Positions 33,317-47,071 of a DNA stretch of 64,000 nt are shown in pieces; position 1 is the stretch's first letter; every line of letters starts with the position of its first letter. Position numbers and translations under genes: made by a program. Below the pieces are notes generated by a model. The model was not told the DNA's origin. It saw only the letters and a list, made by a program, of their open reading frames with translations, and ran no database searches. The DNA comes from Marsupella aquatica (lineage: Eukaryota; Plantae; Marchantiophyta), in contig OZ316893.1 in NCBI GenBank assembly GCA_973895155.1, positions 1,922,860-1,986,859 on the forward strand, in the 5' to 3' direction.

Positions 33317-35797
33317 CTTTTACTTGTCATTATTTAAAAAAAATTAAATTCAATAGAAAATTGAAACAAGAATTACCAAAAAACACTGATATATCAATCA
33401 CCACTCATCCAAAGATTATTTTCTTTCACCCCTATTTTTACCCTTTTCTTTGTTTACTTGAAATGTAACTTTCCAGTTTTCCCTTGTTTTTATAATTACA
33501 CAGTCTAAGTGTTCTTCTTTGCCTTGCCTCAAACACGAATAGTCAGATTTGGTTCTTCTTGCACAACTAACAGTTCTTGTTTTTGACAACCATGCTAATG
33601 TGGTTGCACGTGCATCCAGGAATTTTGGAATGAACTTCACATGGGGGGTATGTAAAGAATTGGGATCTTTGAGTGAGGAAGCGGTTTGAGATGATGTGCT
33701 CATTGACATGGCCCAGGTGAGTCTAAGAGATAACTGACAATTCGATTCATGTCGGATTTATCAGTGGCTCTAAGAGCACTCACAATGGTTTGCCAAACGG
33801 AGTGGCTGGACGCGCCTGTTATCCACTCCGCCTTGACACTCTTATACACAACAAGCAAGCCTAGTGAGGATCTTGCCCTGATTGTCATCCTGCCTGGATG
33901 TTCAAGATTAGCCGCAAGCACATTGGATTGCAGTCATGGTTGTGCCCAAATTTGATTGTGTAAGTTGCTTTTGAACGAGCTAACCAGTGGGGTTTGCTGT
34001 TGATGTAGGACCAGCACCAACTCACATTTTTTTTCTTTAAATCTTCTAATGGTGAGGTGGTTTCTTGTGCACTGGTGCGAATGCTCTAAGGGTTCAGGTT
34101 TTCTCTTTAAACCACCACTGGCCATAGAGACTCTTCTATAAGGGGAGACTTTGCTCCACAACTTAAGGGAAAACATAATACAAATGGTGAAAACCTGGTG
34201 GATCCAGGTTTTGTCATGGACAGCGGCTGCTTTAACTGCTGCTTCACTAGTCTAGTTGTGGTTGAAATTTTGGTTCTTTGGCTGCACCCCACAGGTCTCC
34301 TCCCTCCTGGCATGGGCTTGTGTATCTCTGTTGGTTGCATTAACATTTTATTGATTGAAGAGTAAAATTGTGGAGTTACTGTCAATATTTCATGGTTCAC
34401 AAGTCTAACTGTTTTTGCTGGCCTCAAGTCAAACGCCTCAAGTCAGACACATGTTCATGGTTCTGTGTTATTGTAACCACAAGCACCCCTGTTAGTGACA
34501 AAAATCAATGATGTGACCGAAAGTGGTGCCAGGAAATTTAGAAGGCACTTTCATGGGGGTCCACACATATCAGAGTTGATAACTTGGGTATACATCTGTA
34601 CCAATGATGTATGAATATGTGGTCACACTGATGTAATGATAGATTGATGTCTGCCATAATCCTTCATGTTAGGGTGATGCTTCCCTGGGACATTGAGGAC
34701 ACAGGCCTCCTTGACTTGAGCACCAGAAAGACAGTTAAAATCCTGGCCGAAGAATAGGATAGTTCTTTTTTGGGGGTAAGGAAAAAGGTGTGGTTGAGGC
34801 CGGCATAGTATTGAGAGTCCAAAACTGAGACACAATCATTTCATAAAGGCACACACATCTCATGCGTGTGATCACAACATTAACATCTCCGATGAGATAT
34901 TTTTCCTCACGACCACCCTGGCAGATTCAACTAGACCTTCAGCCTCTTTATCTTTCTCGTAGATAGCTTCCTCCCAAGCAATGATCAATCTAGAGGGACC
35001 ATTAGGGCGTGTCAAAGTTCTCCCATAACACTTTGGTTATGGTTTTATTTTTTTGGACGTACCATCCGTATGGAGTACATATTTTGGTAACCCATAACGA
35101 TTCTGTCCTGGCCATACGTGCGTTTTATGTCCTGAGCTGTAACTCAAATACAACTGTGCTTTGACATGCCCTATTGATTTTGTTGCACGGTTTGGAATAG
35201 ACCTTTATGGCCCTCAAGACAAGTTAGATAGGATGTTTTCATGGTAGCTTTCATACACATTTCACAGTCGGAAGCAAGAATCAGTAAGATTTAACCATAA
35301 TGCCATAAGCTACTGCTGCAGCCCAGAAGGACCGGATGGACCAGCCCCTGCCCTGCAAGAATTCGCCATAGACTGGCCACAGAGAAATTTGGATTGCAAT
35401 ATCATGTCACCAATTAATGTGATATTCTCACCAGACAGAGCTTACTACAGAGCTTGCTACAGTAAACATTCGTTGACAGTAAACCTTCCCGACTCACATG
35501 CATATTTCATTGAAAAGCAAGGCATGTATGTCAATATAATTCGCTGTACATCAACTGAGAAGGAAATCCATATTGCATTCCAAGTCTCGGCGTTCTAATG
35601 CATATCTTGACTCTGGGCCAGAAGAGCGAGATATGTACATCTGACCATCTGGTTGACTAGTTTGAGTCACGTGTATTTGTTTTTCCAAGTTCTCACTGAA
35701 CTACAGAATTTCTCGACTGAATGGGCATACTGGTACAGAGTCAATCTTTCCTACAAAACCAAGAATGAAGGAAACTCTTAACGAATAAATACAGTCA

Positions 35798-38700
35798 TCA
35801 TTGCGCCACTGCTTGATGCTGCTGCTGCCATATTACAGTTAGCCCAAATCCCATCAATGACATGAGTACAGTCTGCAAAATCACATCAAAAGCAAACAGA
35901 AAAGAGGTAATTAGTAGACAATAGGTCTTGAATGCAGATTCATCGAACTATGTTCTGGTTTTCGAGAACAAAATTAGCTAACGTTCTGAAGTACTTCGAA
36001 AAATCAAACCAACAATTCGACTCTATACAGTAGAAAAGCTGTCAGATTTAGAGCCTTTAGTCCGAATCAAGACTTCATTTTATAAAGACGCGTGCAGGGT
36101 GGAAAGGGCTGGAGAGCGTACCGAGATTGCAGAAGGAAGGCCCACTAATGGATCGTCAAAGAAACTGGTCGCCAACGCTAGTCCCAAAAGACTACTTTGC
36201 ATCCCTGAAAGGACCAGTTCTCCATTAGAGATGAAGTGATGTTGGGAGAGAGCCATGAGACTGACAAAACCTCTTTTCCAAATAGATTTCATTGGAGTGG
36301 AGGATGCAGAGAACTAAAGATGATGATACCTGTCTCAAAAGAGATTGTTCTAGCAAGTCCTTCCAAATCCGGTTCTGACGGAAATAACACCTTCGTGATA
36401 TTGTACCCGGTTAGGAACGCGAAGGAGTGGAAGATGAATATTGGAAGCAAAATAACGAGTCCAAACTGCGACTTGAGAGCCTTAATGTTCAGAGCCAATG
36501 GTGCTCCTACGCAGCAGCAAGTTACCAAAACTGAGCAAAGCGGTAGATATGGTCGAATCAGGTTGGAAATGGCAGGAAAGAACCTGCCATTGACAGATCA
36601 TTGAACGAACGTGTTAGTGGACGCTATGATAGGCACTGTTAATTTTTTTTTTGAAATTTCGGCAATCCATAGATTCACTTCACTATGAATTTTTAAGCAT
36701 CGGGAATTCCTTCTCCACAACAAGGCTTTATACATGGTGACTAATACCAGTGGCGCAGTTCTTATGTTACAGTCGATATGCATCAAATGATCTTGATGAA
36801 ATAACGAAGTGTTTGCATACTTGAACAAAACTACGAAATATCCAGGGATATCAAAACGTGATCTACCGGTTCAAAGAGAGACCCGCAGCAATGGGTACCA
36901 CCACTATCTGCGTTATACTAGCCATCATTCCAGGTACATTGACAGGTAATCGCTTGCCCAGCAACAGATATGAGAGAGTTGGAGTTACAACCACAGCTGT
37001 TATGGTAGAGAGCGCTGTCATGACAATACTGAGTGGAGCCATGGAAGGATCGACCATGAATGTGGCGTAGTTTGAGAGCTGAGCACCACTCACATATGCA
37101 ACCAAAAGCATCCCTGAACCTGCAGCAAGAACGAGTCCATTTTAATTATGTTTAGAACAGGAATGTTGCCTTCGATGACAGATTATCGGTTCTAGATATC
37201 CCGTGGGGTTCATATTGAAAACAGAGCTCTCCGACAAAACAATTGATCCTGAAAACGATATTCTAACTGCTAATTCTGCGGAACAACTAGCCTGACTAGA
37301 AAGATAGAACAGCATTTCTTTTCTGAGGTTCCATCCAAAACAGACCGAACTTATCGGATGTTAGGGACACCGCCAGTTTCCTAACAAAATAATGAAAAAG
37401 ATCTGAAAGAGTGAATCCCTGGCACGAGAGTGTGTACCTATTGCACTTGGAAGGTGAAGTAGAGACACTGCAATATACGTAACAAATATTCCCAAAATGG
37501 GTTTCACAAGGAATTGACCAGCGTAACCCGCAGCTACCACTGCTGGCCGCTCAATTGCATGTAGGAAGGCTTTGGCATTTAGATTAATCCCCACAGCAAA
37601 CATCAGAAAACCCAAGGCTGGTGCATAATATCTGCAAAATCCCATCCCCAAGGCGAGCATCAGAGAACCTAAGCTGGTGCATGATATCTGCAAAATCTTT
37701 CATCTCCAGAATTTCTGCAATCAGATTACAAGTACTATCGAACAACCGTATGGAAGTTGGCATACTCAGGCTGCGCGAGGGGAAAAGGAAGAAACAACAC
37801 AGAATATAGTAGAGAAAAGCATGCTGGACCTTGTGGTAAACCAGGTGAATGATGCTGGTTCCACAAAAGCCAACGTTGCACTTGCTGCGATCGCATATGG
37901 AAGGGACGCATTTGCATTTTTCAAGCCCTTCTGCAGAATCTCCCCAATAGCAGTTCGACTTTTGAGCTGGGAAAGTCATGAAGTTCGATCAGATAGCTAA
38001 AAGATTGCAATGCTGTAATTTCTTCTTTTAAGATCATTATGATTTGAGACAGACGCTCAAAGGACCAGGTTCACCTGCTGCTCATTAGGAGAAGCTGCAG
38101 CATCATCTCTCGGGTCTGTGCTGCTGCACCTGATCCCCTTTGTTTCACGGGCATCCTTCACGAACACTTTTCTTGATGTACCTGCCACTCTTCTTCGAGG
38201 ACGCCCTGTAAAAAACCAGAAAGATGCAAAGAAACTGTGCTCGTAGTAAGTGCCGAAACAGAGACCATCCCAACGCAAGGGTTCAGTTTTGAGATGGACA
38301 TAACAGAAATACGCGTACCAAATCCAGCATCCCGGGAGGCCATGAGGTCGATATCTCCCATCCACGCATACCTGAAATCAACAACCTCACCTACATCATT
38401 AAGTACTGGTTCAACGTAAGCAACCTTTGCACGAAACAGCCATCCAATCGCTGCACAGAGCAAAATTTGTAACCAAATCATTGCACCATCTCCTTCTCTA
38501 TACAGGCACCCCTGAGAACAGAGATCGAAGGTTTTTTCATCAATCGGGATGAGTATAAACAGAGGATCAACTCTCTCAACACAAAAGCTCTTAACTTGCT
38601 GTTGACTTAGTTGGAAGTTATAGTCCTGTGCTCTTAACAACTGAGGCTCTGGTGCTCTGCAAAACTGCAGTCTCGAAAGCACCAGACAAGAACCAGACTA

Positions 38701-38951
38701 ATGAGAAAGCCATATTTCTTCCCCAAACCAAACAAATGGATTGATGACGCAATGCCAATCGAAGTTCAAATCGGCAAAGAATTCTCTGCTCGCCAGCTGT
38801 GCACTCACTTGCCTGCTGCTGCCTGCAGAACATGTTCTCGACGGTTCTGAAAACCGCGCGATCGCTCAAAGTGAAGGGCCAAGGAAGAAGCCGGTGGCCG
38901 AGACATCCTCGTCCCGCAAAAGACGTCGGGCACCCACATTCTCAGCGCCAT
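35798..38951 (-). CDS. BASS6: Plastid bile acid:sodium symporter family transporter, BASS5/BASS6 type, ~465 aa. Exons 38951-38813, 38450-38319, 38205-38075, 37966-37830, 37631-37438, 37119-36867, 36583-36330, 36204-36122, 35872-35798 (first two less certain)
   Basis: SFTWFTTRYYAPALGFLMFAVGIN, VSGAQLSNYATF, APLSIVMT, CCVGAPLALNI, ETGMQSSLLGLALATSFFDDPLVG and TVLMSLMGF match Arabidopsis BASS5/6 as I recall them. Phases join to 1398 nt, and the N-terminus is transit-peptide-like. Confidence 0.9.
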
Positions 38952-40329
38952 CTTTGACTGCCTGCGTGGAAGATAATCACAAACCGTCAACCGAAGGAGA
39001 TTCCAACGGGAAACGCATTTTAAGTGAGGAGTGCTGAATTGCTGATCGTCAATTACTGGAGGGCAATTTCAGTTGCAAGCCCAATCGATTCAGATGACTT
39101 AGACGAATGGATGCCAACGACGGCAATTGAGATGAACGGCTCCGGGGCGAAAAGCAAGGTTTTTCTTACTAGCACGAGGTGAACAAATTCGGATACACAC
39201 AGTCCAAAGATTTCGGAAGTCCTGAAGCCGGTTCTTATTCGTGCCTCGATCTCAAATCTCAACGTTGTGCTAGCAAGGGGAAATGGACAGCCTGGGCCAC
39301 TCGTGGGCCAGACGAATTCTTGACTAAGACTTCGTCACAGCTTTACACCAGTAGGCTCGATTGGGAGAACGTCGAACGCCTTCGGACAAAGACTTCAAAT
39401 TTTCGACTGAGGAGAAAAAGGCAACAATTGAATGTTCTGAGGAACGACCAACAAAGCACAGTACAACATCAAAATTCGCAAGAGGAGGAAACTGCGAGGA
39501 TAATCATGACTGTACTATATGATCCCCGCTGACTTTGGGAGTGACTCGAAAAATGATGGTGAGTGAAGTGCACTAGTCTGCCTGCTCCCAAAATGCCTGC
39601 TCCAAAGTGCACAAGTGCCTCTGAAAAAAGCACGTTACCTTATGGGACTGTTGACTTGTACCTCACAGTCCCCTACTATCCTGCATGTATTGTGGACTGC
39701 CCCTTTGTACCTTAGTAACTTAGCGCTGTGCATCTGTTCGATTTTATTAAAGGGGTAGTCCGTGACACAGTGCAACAGGCCTCTCTTATCTGTCTTGTTT
39801 CTTTGGAAATAGGCAGCTCTATCTCTGTAGGTCTTTTTATTACGAAGGGAGTTTTCAAAACAACAGAGTCCATAAACTCACGTTAGACCACCTCACTCCA
39901 TTGGTTTGGGTTCCAGTTTCTGTTCCATGCAAGGACATAAATCTCCACACTGGGCTGTCCCCTGCTTAGCCCATAATTTTTTTTTCTCATAGAAGTCTTC
40001 TCATAAAAGTTTACTGAGCTATAAACTTGGATGGGATCCTTTTTATCAGACAGAATAATTTCATCTTGCAAAATATATTAACACACTTACCAAACCCTCC
40101 CCACAACCTTGGACCTGCTGGTCCCAAGTCCCAGCACTTCAGCTGGACCCCCCAGTGGAGGCCAAGTAGAGACAACTCTGCCACAGCCACACTCGGAATC
40201 GCAATGGCACAGAGTCACAGACTCTCCGAAGAGGTTTATTAGAGAAACATCGTAATGCTTCGATCGCTATCGGGCGACAAGTCAGCGTTGGATTCGCTAG
40301 TCAGTAAGTAAGTTACTTGGAGCTTCGCC
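38952..40329. promoter_or_regulatory. Divergent (head-to-head) intergenic/promoter region with site II (TGGGCY) motifs
   Basis: 1.38 kb between opposing start codons. TGGGCC at 39293 and 39304, AGCCCA at 39078 and ~39968, TGGGCT at ~39951. Confidence 0.5.
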
Positions 40330-43300
40330 ATGAGTTCCTCCGTCTTCACCTCCGTGGCGGGCAATTCTGCAGCTTTCCCTCCGTCTCCACTTCGAGCTCA
40401 CATTCCGAGAGACTATCGGGCAATCGAGGTCGCTTCCGGACCTTCCGTTGGTGCAGTGAGGCTCGGACGAACAGGCGAAACACAGGGGAGACATCGAGTT
40501 TGTGCTGCTGTCGGCCAAGGTCCAGCGACGTGTGGTGGGAATGAAATCAGAGATCGGAACAGCAGCAGGAGCAGCGGCAGTAAAGCGAGGAGGCTGGAGT
40601 ACGATGTGGTGATTCTTGGAGCTGGCATCATTGGGCTCGCCACAGCTCACCATATTCTCTTTAATACCAAGCTGTCTGTGGCTCTCATCGATGCAGCAGA
40701 ACCGTGTGCAGGCGCAACGGGCGCAGGTCAGGATTCTTCTCACCTAAATCTACGAAACATTGCAAAGTATGTAGGACAATGCATTGCTAGAGCTGATTTA
40801 ATTTTGTACTAGATTCAGAGCCTGGTCCCCTTGGAGTTTTTGAGAAGATTCTGTTTCAGTACCCCTTTGTATCCTCAGGGCATGGGAACGTTTTCTTCAG
40901 AACCATCGCTAAACCACACTCGACCAAGTGAAAGAGTGTTTCTGGAGCCTAGGCTTTAAATGTCCTAAATGTACTATGATTCTACTCTCAAATACTACTC
41001 TAGATGTAGCGCACCAGTGGAATTCTATCGTCAACAAAATCACTTGAGCAGGGAATGGTGTCTAATCCCAGCCTCTGAAAGTACGGGGGCAGCTCAATTG
41101 CAGATCCAGCCCATTCTGCTTCATTACACGCAATGGTCGTTATCTTTCGGTCTCTTTAACTAGAGACTCTTCAGTGGCTTGATTTATGAATTTGGGAGTA
41201 AACTGATGGGGAGAAGTCTTGGGTGGTGCTCCAGACTGTGTATACACTAATGTGTGCCAACGGTGTATTGCTGATATGACTGCACACTTTGACGCCCAGG
41301 TCAAGGATACATATGGATGTCTCATCGAACCCCAGGAAGTGCGGGATGGGCACTTGCAAGTCGGAGTAAGCTTCTGTGGGAGGAGCTGGCAGCAGAAATT
41401 GAAGCAGCGGGTGTTGATCCGCTGAAAGCTATGGGCTGGAAGAACACAGGTTTGTCTAGTATCCGTTTCCATTTTTTAAGACCTGATTTAATAAACCGTA
41501 TTCGTCTGCTCGTATGGAAAAGACTGACTCCTATCCTACCCAGTACCTGGTGGTGCTGTACGTTGTGGCTTTAGGCTAGGGACACCTAGTATGTTGAGAC
41601 TTATTATTTTGTCTTCGTGGAGGTCAATCTGATTGATTCCCGGTGGCAAGATTTTTTCCAGGCAGTGTATTAGTGGCCTCCACTACCGACGAAGCGGAAG
41701 CCCTTCAGCAGAGTGTTTCAGCCTTTTGCACGGCTGGAGTGCCTGCCGAATACATGTCAGCCACAGACGCCAGGAAAGCAGAGCCTGCACTTTCTCCAGA
41801 CCACGTAACCGCGGCTGCCTTCTTTCCTGGTGATTCTCAGATTGATGCAAGGTTGACGGTGGCATTGTTACAGCAGGTGAGCTACATTTTCTGTGATTGT
41901 TTTTGAGGCTGTGTAGGTCTCTCCAGGGATCTGTGTTGTGATCTCTTCGTAGTCAATTTTGCGTTTGGCCGGTGTTGAGAGACATGTGCTACAACTGGAA
42001 CAGGAAAAGCATATCACAAACTTCGTATTGAAGAGAAACGGTCGGCAGTAGAATGGAGCAGTACATAGAATACATGAACTTAAAAGTTAGTGCGATGTTA
42101 TACGAGGGGCAGCAAAAGAAGAGCCTGATATCTTTTGTCACACAACATCGAGGTTATGTCCAATGAGGAAAAAATTAGGTTCGTAACAATTACAAGCTTG
42201 ACTAAATCTACGCAGCCTAATTCATTTAACAGAACTTTTCACAAAATCTAAAGACTAGATGTGCAGACATGTGCTATCAGTAAAATTCTAAACTTCCACC
42301 AAGGCATCGCAGCAGACGTACAAGTTGCGTGAACCGCAATAGCATTACATGACAAGTCAATGTTCCTCCAAATGAATTTTCGCTAAAACCGTGGTACATA
42401 CGTTGCAGAGAATCAAAGCCTTCAGTTCTATGCGATACACGGAACTGTTTCAAAATCGAGCCAATGGTTTTATAAGGTAAGCAATTGCAGATCTCAGTCG
42501 TTTTCTGTTCTTCGATAGCTGTTGTTGCCAATCAAATTTTCCTCGTTTGTATGAACGCGTAAAGAAACTGGGGGCGCCTGACAGTTATCGATTGTCCTCA
42601 ATCTGCTCCGAGCTGGTCTGCGTCTTTGTAACTGTTGTCCAGAGACACAAACAAAATTTCTTCACATTTGAAAATGTCTCTGTTCCACATTTTAATGGCT
42701 CGAGCTCACAGCTACAGTGCAATGTACTGCCGGTGATACTTAGTGAAGGTCACCCACAGAAGGACACATACAAGGTGTGCAAATACAGGGAGGGGAGGTG
42801 TACTGCAGGAAGGCTGTTGTAGTTGCGACAGGGGCTTGGAGCTCTGCACTGATGTCAACGGCAACATCTGAGTGGGGTTTGTCAATGGTCCCTCCAGTGA
42901 AGCCCCGTAAGGTAGGAGTTCTGGAGACTTCAATTGAGTATTTATCTAAGTAATCATTTGAATGGCATATGGCCAGTTGTTTCATTGTACTTAGGTGCAA
43001 GCTGAAAAGTAAAAAGTGATTTCTGTGATTTTTCATGACATCCCAGTGGTAGCGTTATCTTAAGATGCTGGGACATAGTAATTCAAATTGGAAGCTGCAA
43101 GTTTTGAAATTGTCTGGATCCTCAGAATCCTGTTCCATGGGAATCTGCCTTGGTTAGATTCTTTCATGTCAATTGCGCGGAGTTTGATAGGGATGTGCTC
43201 GCTTTGCTAATGCAAGAATAGTCAAGACCAATTGACCAATTTCCTTGTGGAACAATTTGAGAAATGCGTTCAGTGCAAGTATCACATAGATTTATTTTGT

Positions 43301-44804
43301 TTCGAGCATTTTTGCAGGTGCATGGGTTATTCAGAAAGTACTTTTTCTGTACTCATTATTGTTGTTGAAAAGTTTCTCGGCCAAATGCACTTCTCTTCAA
43401 TAAATATAAAATCTTGGATTATAGGAGGATTTATAGAAGAACGTGCGAAAGAGGTGTCAAAATGGTACCTATTGTGTCAGACAAAGCAAAAACCTGATTT
43501 GAATTCACCTTTTGGCACCACTGGCAGGGGCATCTACTTGTACTTGGGCGAATGGAGAATGTTCAACTTCGACATGGGATCATGGAGTGTGAATACCTTT
43601 CCCATTCAGAGCCTTCCCATGTTGAAGGACTGGAGATTTCACAGGGGCAAGATGTTTTGGAGTCATCTCTTGAGTTGGCCATGACTGCTACCTTGGACCA
43701 GAACGGAAACCTCCTTTTAGGTTAGTAGGTCTATTAGAACGTGAGATTTTAATGTCAACTGAAACGAGCAGACTAACTTTCAAAGAAAATAGCGATTTCG
43801 TAGGAATTATGGACTTTCGGTTGGCTTGGGCAAGTGCTTAGTAACGAAAGCAATCTATCAAGAGTGTATGTTTTTCCTATGTTTGTTTGTGGAAGCTTGG
43901 TCTTGAGAGTCACCAAGGTATTGAGCAACCTTATGTCCGACATCCCTTGTTATCTCAACTGACGTAGTCTCCTCATCAGGAAGTAGCAGAGAGTTTGTTG
44001 GGTTTGATGTTGATGTCCATCCTCAAGTGGTGGAGAGTATCTTGAACCGTGCGAAGAAGTTCCTTTGGGGTTTATCTCATGTGTCCTTAGAACATGCTCT
44101 GCGAACTGGACGAGTGCGAACTGGCCTGCGGCCTTTCGGTACGTTTCTTGAACTCTATAAAAGGAGTAAGCCGTTCATGATTAAGCTCTGGTTTCATTAC
44201 AGACAGCTTGCAGAGGATGACAATGCTAGCACACCAACGAGGAGATCCAAATTAGTACATCATGCTATGTTTCATCATCCTCACTTTCAATTGCAGTCCC
44301 AGATGGGAGGCCCCTGATTGGAGCTATTGAAGATGTTCCTGGGCTCATATTTGCCACCGGGCACGAAGGGTCTGGCCTTTGCCTGGTAAGTGTATTGGAA
44401 GCCCCGGGAACCATTTCCACCAAGACGTCAAATCACATTTCTTTCAATTTGATTTGATTTATTGATATCATAGTGCAGACTTGAAGAGTTTATGGAAAAT
44501 AAAATCTGACATGTTATGAATAGAAATATATGTTATGTTAGATTTGTCATTTACATTAGTTTGAAGGCAGCAAGGTTGTACTAAAGTCTTCGGGAGTCTT
44601 CTTTGTAACTCATACGACACTGCTGTTAGTATGTAAGCCAGTATGGTGATCTTGTCTCGTGTCCTCCAGGCTCTTGCCACTGCAGAGATGGTGGTGAACA
44701 CAATTCAAGGCGTTGAATGTATGGTTGACGGGGGTTTTTTCTCACCAGTTGGTCGCCTGCTTCCACGTGAAAGCCAGCAGCTGGCATCGCGTGTTTCGTC
44801 CTAA
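40330..44804 (+). CDS. FAD-dependent oxidoreductase (DAO/glycine oxidase-like family), 522 aa. Exons 40330-40726, 41300-41449, 41662-41876, 42409-42476, 42749-42911, 43528-43720, 43980-44138, 44297-44385, 44670-44804
   Basis: Rossmann motif DVVILGAGIIG, then GATGAGQGYIWM, DSQIDA, VVVATGAWS, VKPRKGHL, GSSREF, GLRP, PDGRPLIG and ATGHEGSG. All introns are GT-AG and phases join to 1569 nt. Ser/Arg-rich N-terminal extension. Confidence 0.92.
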
Positions 44805-46168
44805 AGATGGAGGCGATGACGGTGCTTATGGGGAGGGACGAAGTCCTCATTGACAAGTGCCAACATCACGGCAAACACTTGAATTTCATGTCTGCTGGCA
44901 CTTCCTGGAATAGGAAGCAGGGTTGACCGAAGCAGGGTTGACCAAAGCCTGTTGTAGTTTTTAAAATTTCGGGACTTTATGGAGAAGTGTTTCGCTCGGC
45001 GTGATTCAAAATTGCAAGACTGATTTTTTTGCATAAAAGTCCGAAACATGTATACAAGAATTTGGAGAAATGGAAATCAGTATCTCAATAGATTTGTAAG
45101 AATGTCAATTTTGTTATTGGATGGTTTCGAAGACCAATGGCGCCTCTGTGAAACATCATTAACTGCGTTTCCAAGACACTATCTAAGGCGGGTTTTACAA
45201 AATCATGGAGGAAGAAGTTCGGTTATTTTTGGTGATGGAAGAATTCTAGATCATTGACATCCAAAGGGTGATCACATTTTACTTTACTGTAGAGCCGTAG
45301 TTTCAGATTTCCCAGGCCCCAATCCTACATGACATTCAATGGGCCCTGGTTTTAGGCTGTGTTGGAAAGCCGTGTCAAAAATTTGACCACCTCAAGAGAA
45401 GGTCAAAGTTTGACCACCTCCAGAGGTCCGGCCGCTCAGAAAAAATAACTTTTAGAGAAGTCTCTTTGAAACCGGTATGGTCAAACTATGTCTGGTGTCT
45501 ATGTGTAAAGTTCATCTGGTCTGGAATTTTTTATCCAACCAGTCCCCATGGTTGCTTAAAGTTCACCCCAAGACACTAATATGATTGTGACGGGCCACAT
45601 ATCTGAGCACTCCATACTTCAGCACTCATTATAGTTGCTCCGTTTTTAATCCAGGACTGTTTTTAACTTTCTGCCTCTACCTAGCACGAGTGAAGGCAAG
45701 TCAAGGTAGCTTTTCAGGCAGACCAACAAGGATGGGAAACTACAAACAGAACAAGCAGTAGGACACAGGATCAATCCCTAGGCTGGGACTGAACTTACGC
45801 CACACCAAGACACCGACCGTCGATGAAATAATGGAGTAGACCAGCTTTCAACAGCAGTACTGTATAGCTACGGGTCCACAAGATGGAGAGAATTTGTTTG
45901 CCATGGAGAATAGAAAAATGTCTTTGGTAGGAGCACGTTTTGAGCAATCGACCGAGAAAATGACAGAATGGGAACAGTAATGGTACGGCCAGAATCGTTT
46001 CAATTCAGTCATGGGAGTGATAGAAAAACCACCTGGGATTTTGTGGAGTAGCTATGGAGGCGATAAACTATGAAGTGTTCTGAAGATGTCGGGTGCTTTT
46101 CAAAAGGCAATCTTCTAATCTCCTTGAGATCTGGATCATATACAAGCTTCCAAAATTTCCTAATGCTG

Positions 46169-46333
46169 TTGAATAGAGTCTCTCGGTAATTGCACATCAA
46201 AATATGATAATATAGGGTGTGTGACTGAAATTGAATAGAGTCTCTCGGTAATTGCACATCAAAATATGATAATATAAGGTGTGTGACTGAAAAACATCTC
46301 GATAAGTGGACATCAAAATATGACAATATAAGG
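46169..46333. repeat. Tandem repeat, 62-bp unit, ~2.7 copies
   Basis: TTGAATAGAGTCTCTCGGTAATTGCACATCAAAATATGATAATATA.GGTGTGTGACTGAAA at 46169 and 46231, followed by a degenerate third copy. Confidence 0.9.
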
Positions 46334-47071
46334 TAAATGATGTCACTCTATACCATGATAAACTTAGTTATGTTGCTTACATCACCATATATTACCACAT
46401 TTTAATGTGCAACTAGGGTTGAATCTAGTAATGTCACAGCTGGTTGCAGTGCTAGTTTTTTGAGTGACTAAGTTTTGCCAAGTTCTTATGAAAGCCAGGG
46501 AAGTGTCTTAACTTAGGAAAGTTTTCCACATTCCAGTCAGTGGCCCTGCTTTACTATGCACCTCTTCAATGGTGGTAGGTGGTGCATCCAGTCTATGATG
46601 TAATGAGAAAATGGAGCAGTAACAAACCTTGTGCTCCATTTGGTGCCTGTTTCATGCGTCTTTGGACAATGATTTAACCTATCCGTATAGTTTGCTTAAC
46701 CAGGCATGACTGGCGACTCTTTGTTGACAATAAATGGCATGACATGACAAAAGTTGCACAAAAGGAAAGACATGTATGGAAAAGTTTTGGCCACCAAATT
46801 GATGAAAAAAGGTTTTCAATTTCACAAGCACCAATGGCAAAACCCAAACAAATGACACTAGGGGTCTCAAACTTTCACACTCTATACGTCACTAGTCGTG
46901 GTTATGGTAAACATGGCTAGAAACAAGTTGTGGCAAAGATTCTTGGAAGATACCTCCTTTAGCTAATGTGAAGTCAAGAAAAAACTGCAAATAAAACTAC
47001 TGTAATCATGGTCTAGTCAGGGGTCTAGTTCTCTCCTGCGGGCTTTCCTAATTCTGTCTGACCCTGTTGCA

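Noticed and set aside
33400-35250. Possible decayed MULE transposase fragments on the minus strand (CxC...ILCR, GRRPVG-like pieces)
   Set aside because: The motifs are too degenerate and split across frames, and no TIR or TSD was found. It needs a profile search before any call.
38095-38107. CTGCAGCATCATC matching part of a miR172 target site
   Set aside because: It lies antisense to a BASS exon and lacks the AGGATTCT half that pairs with the miRNA 5' end.
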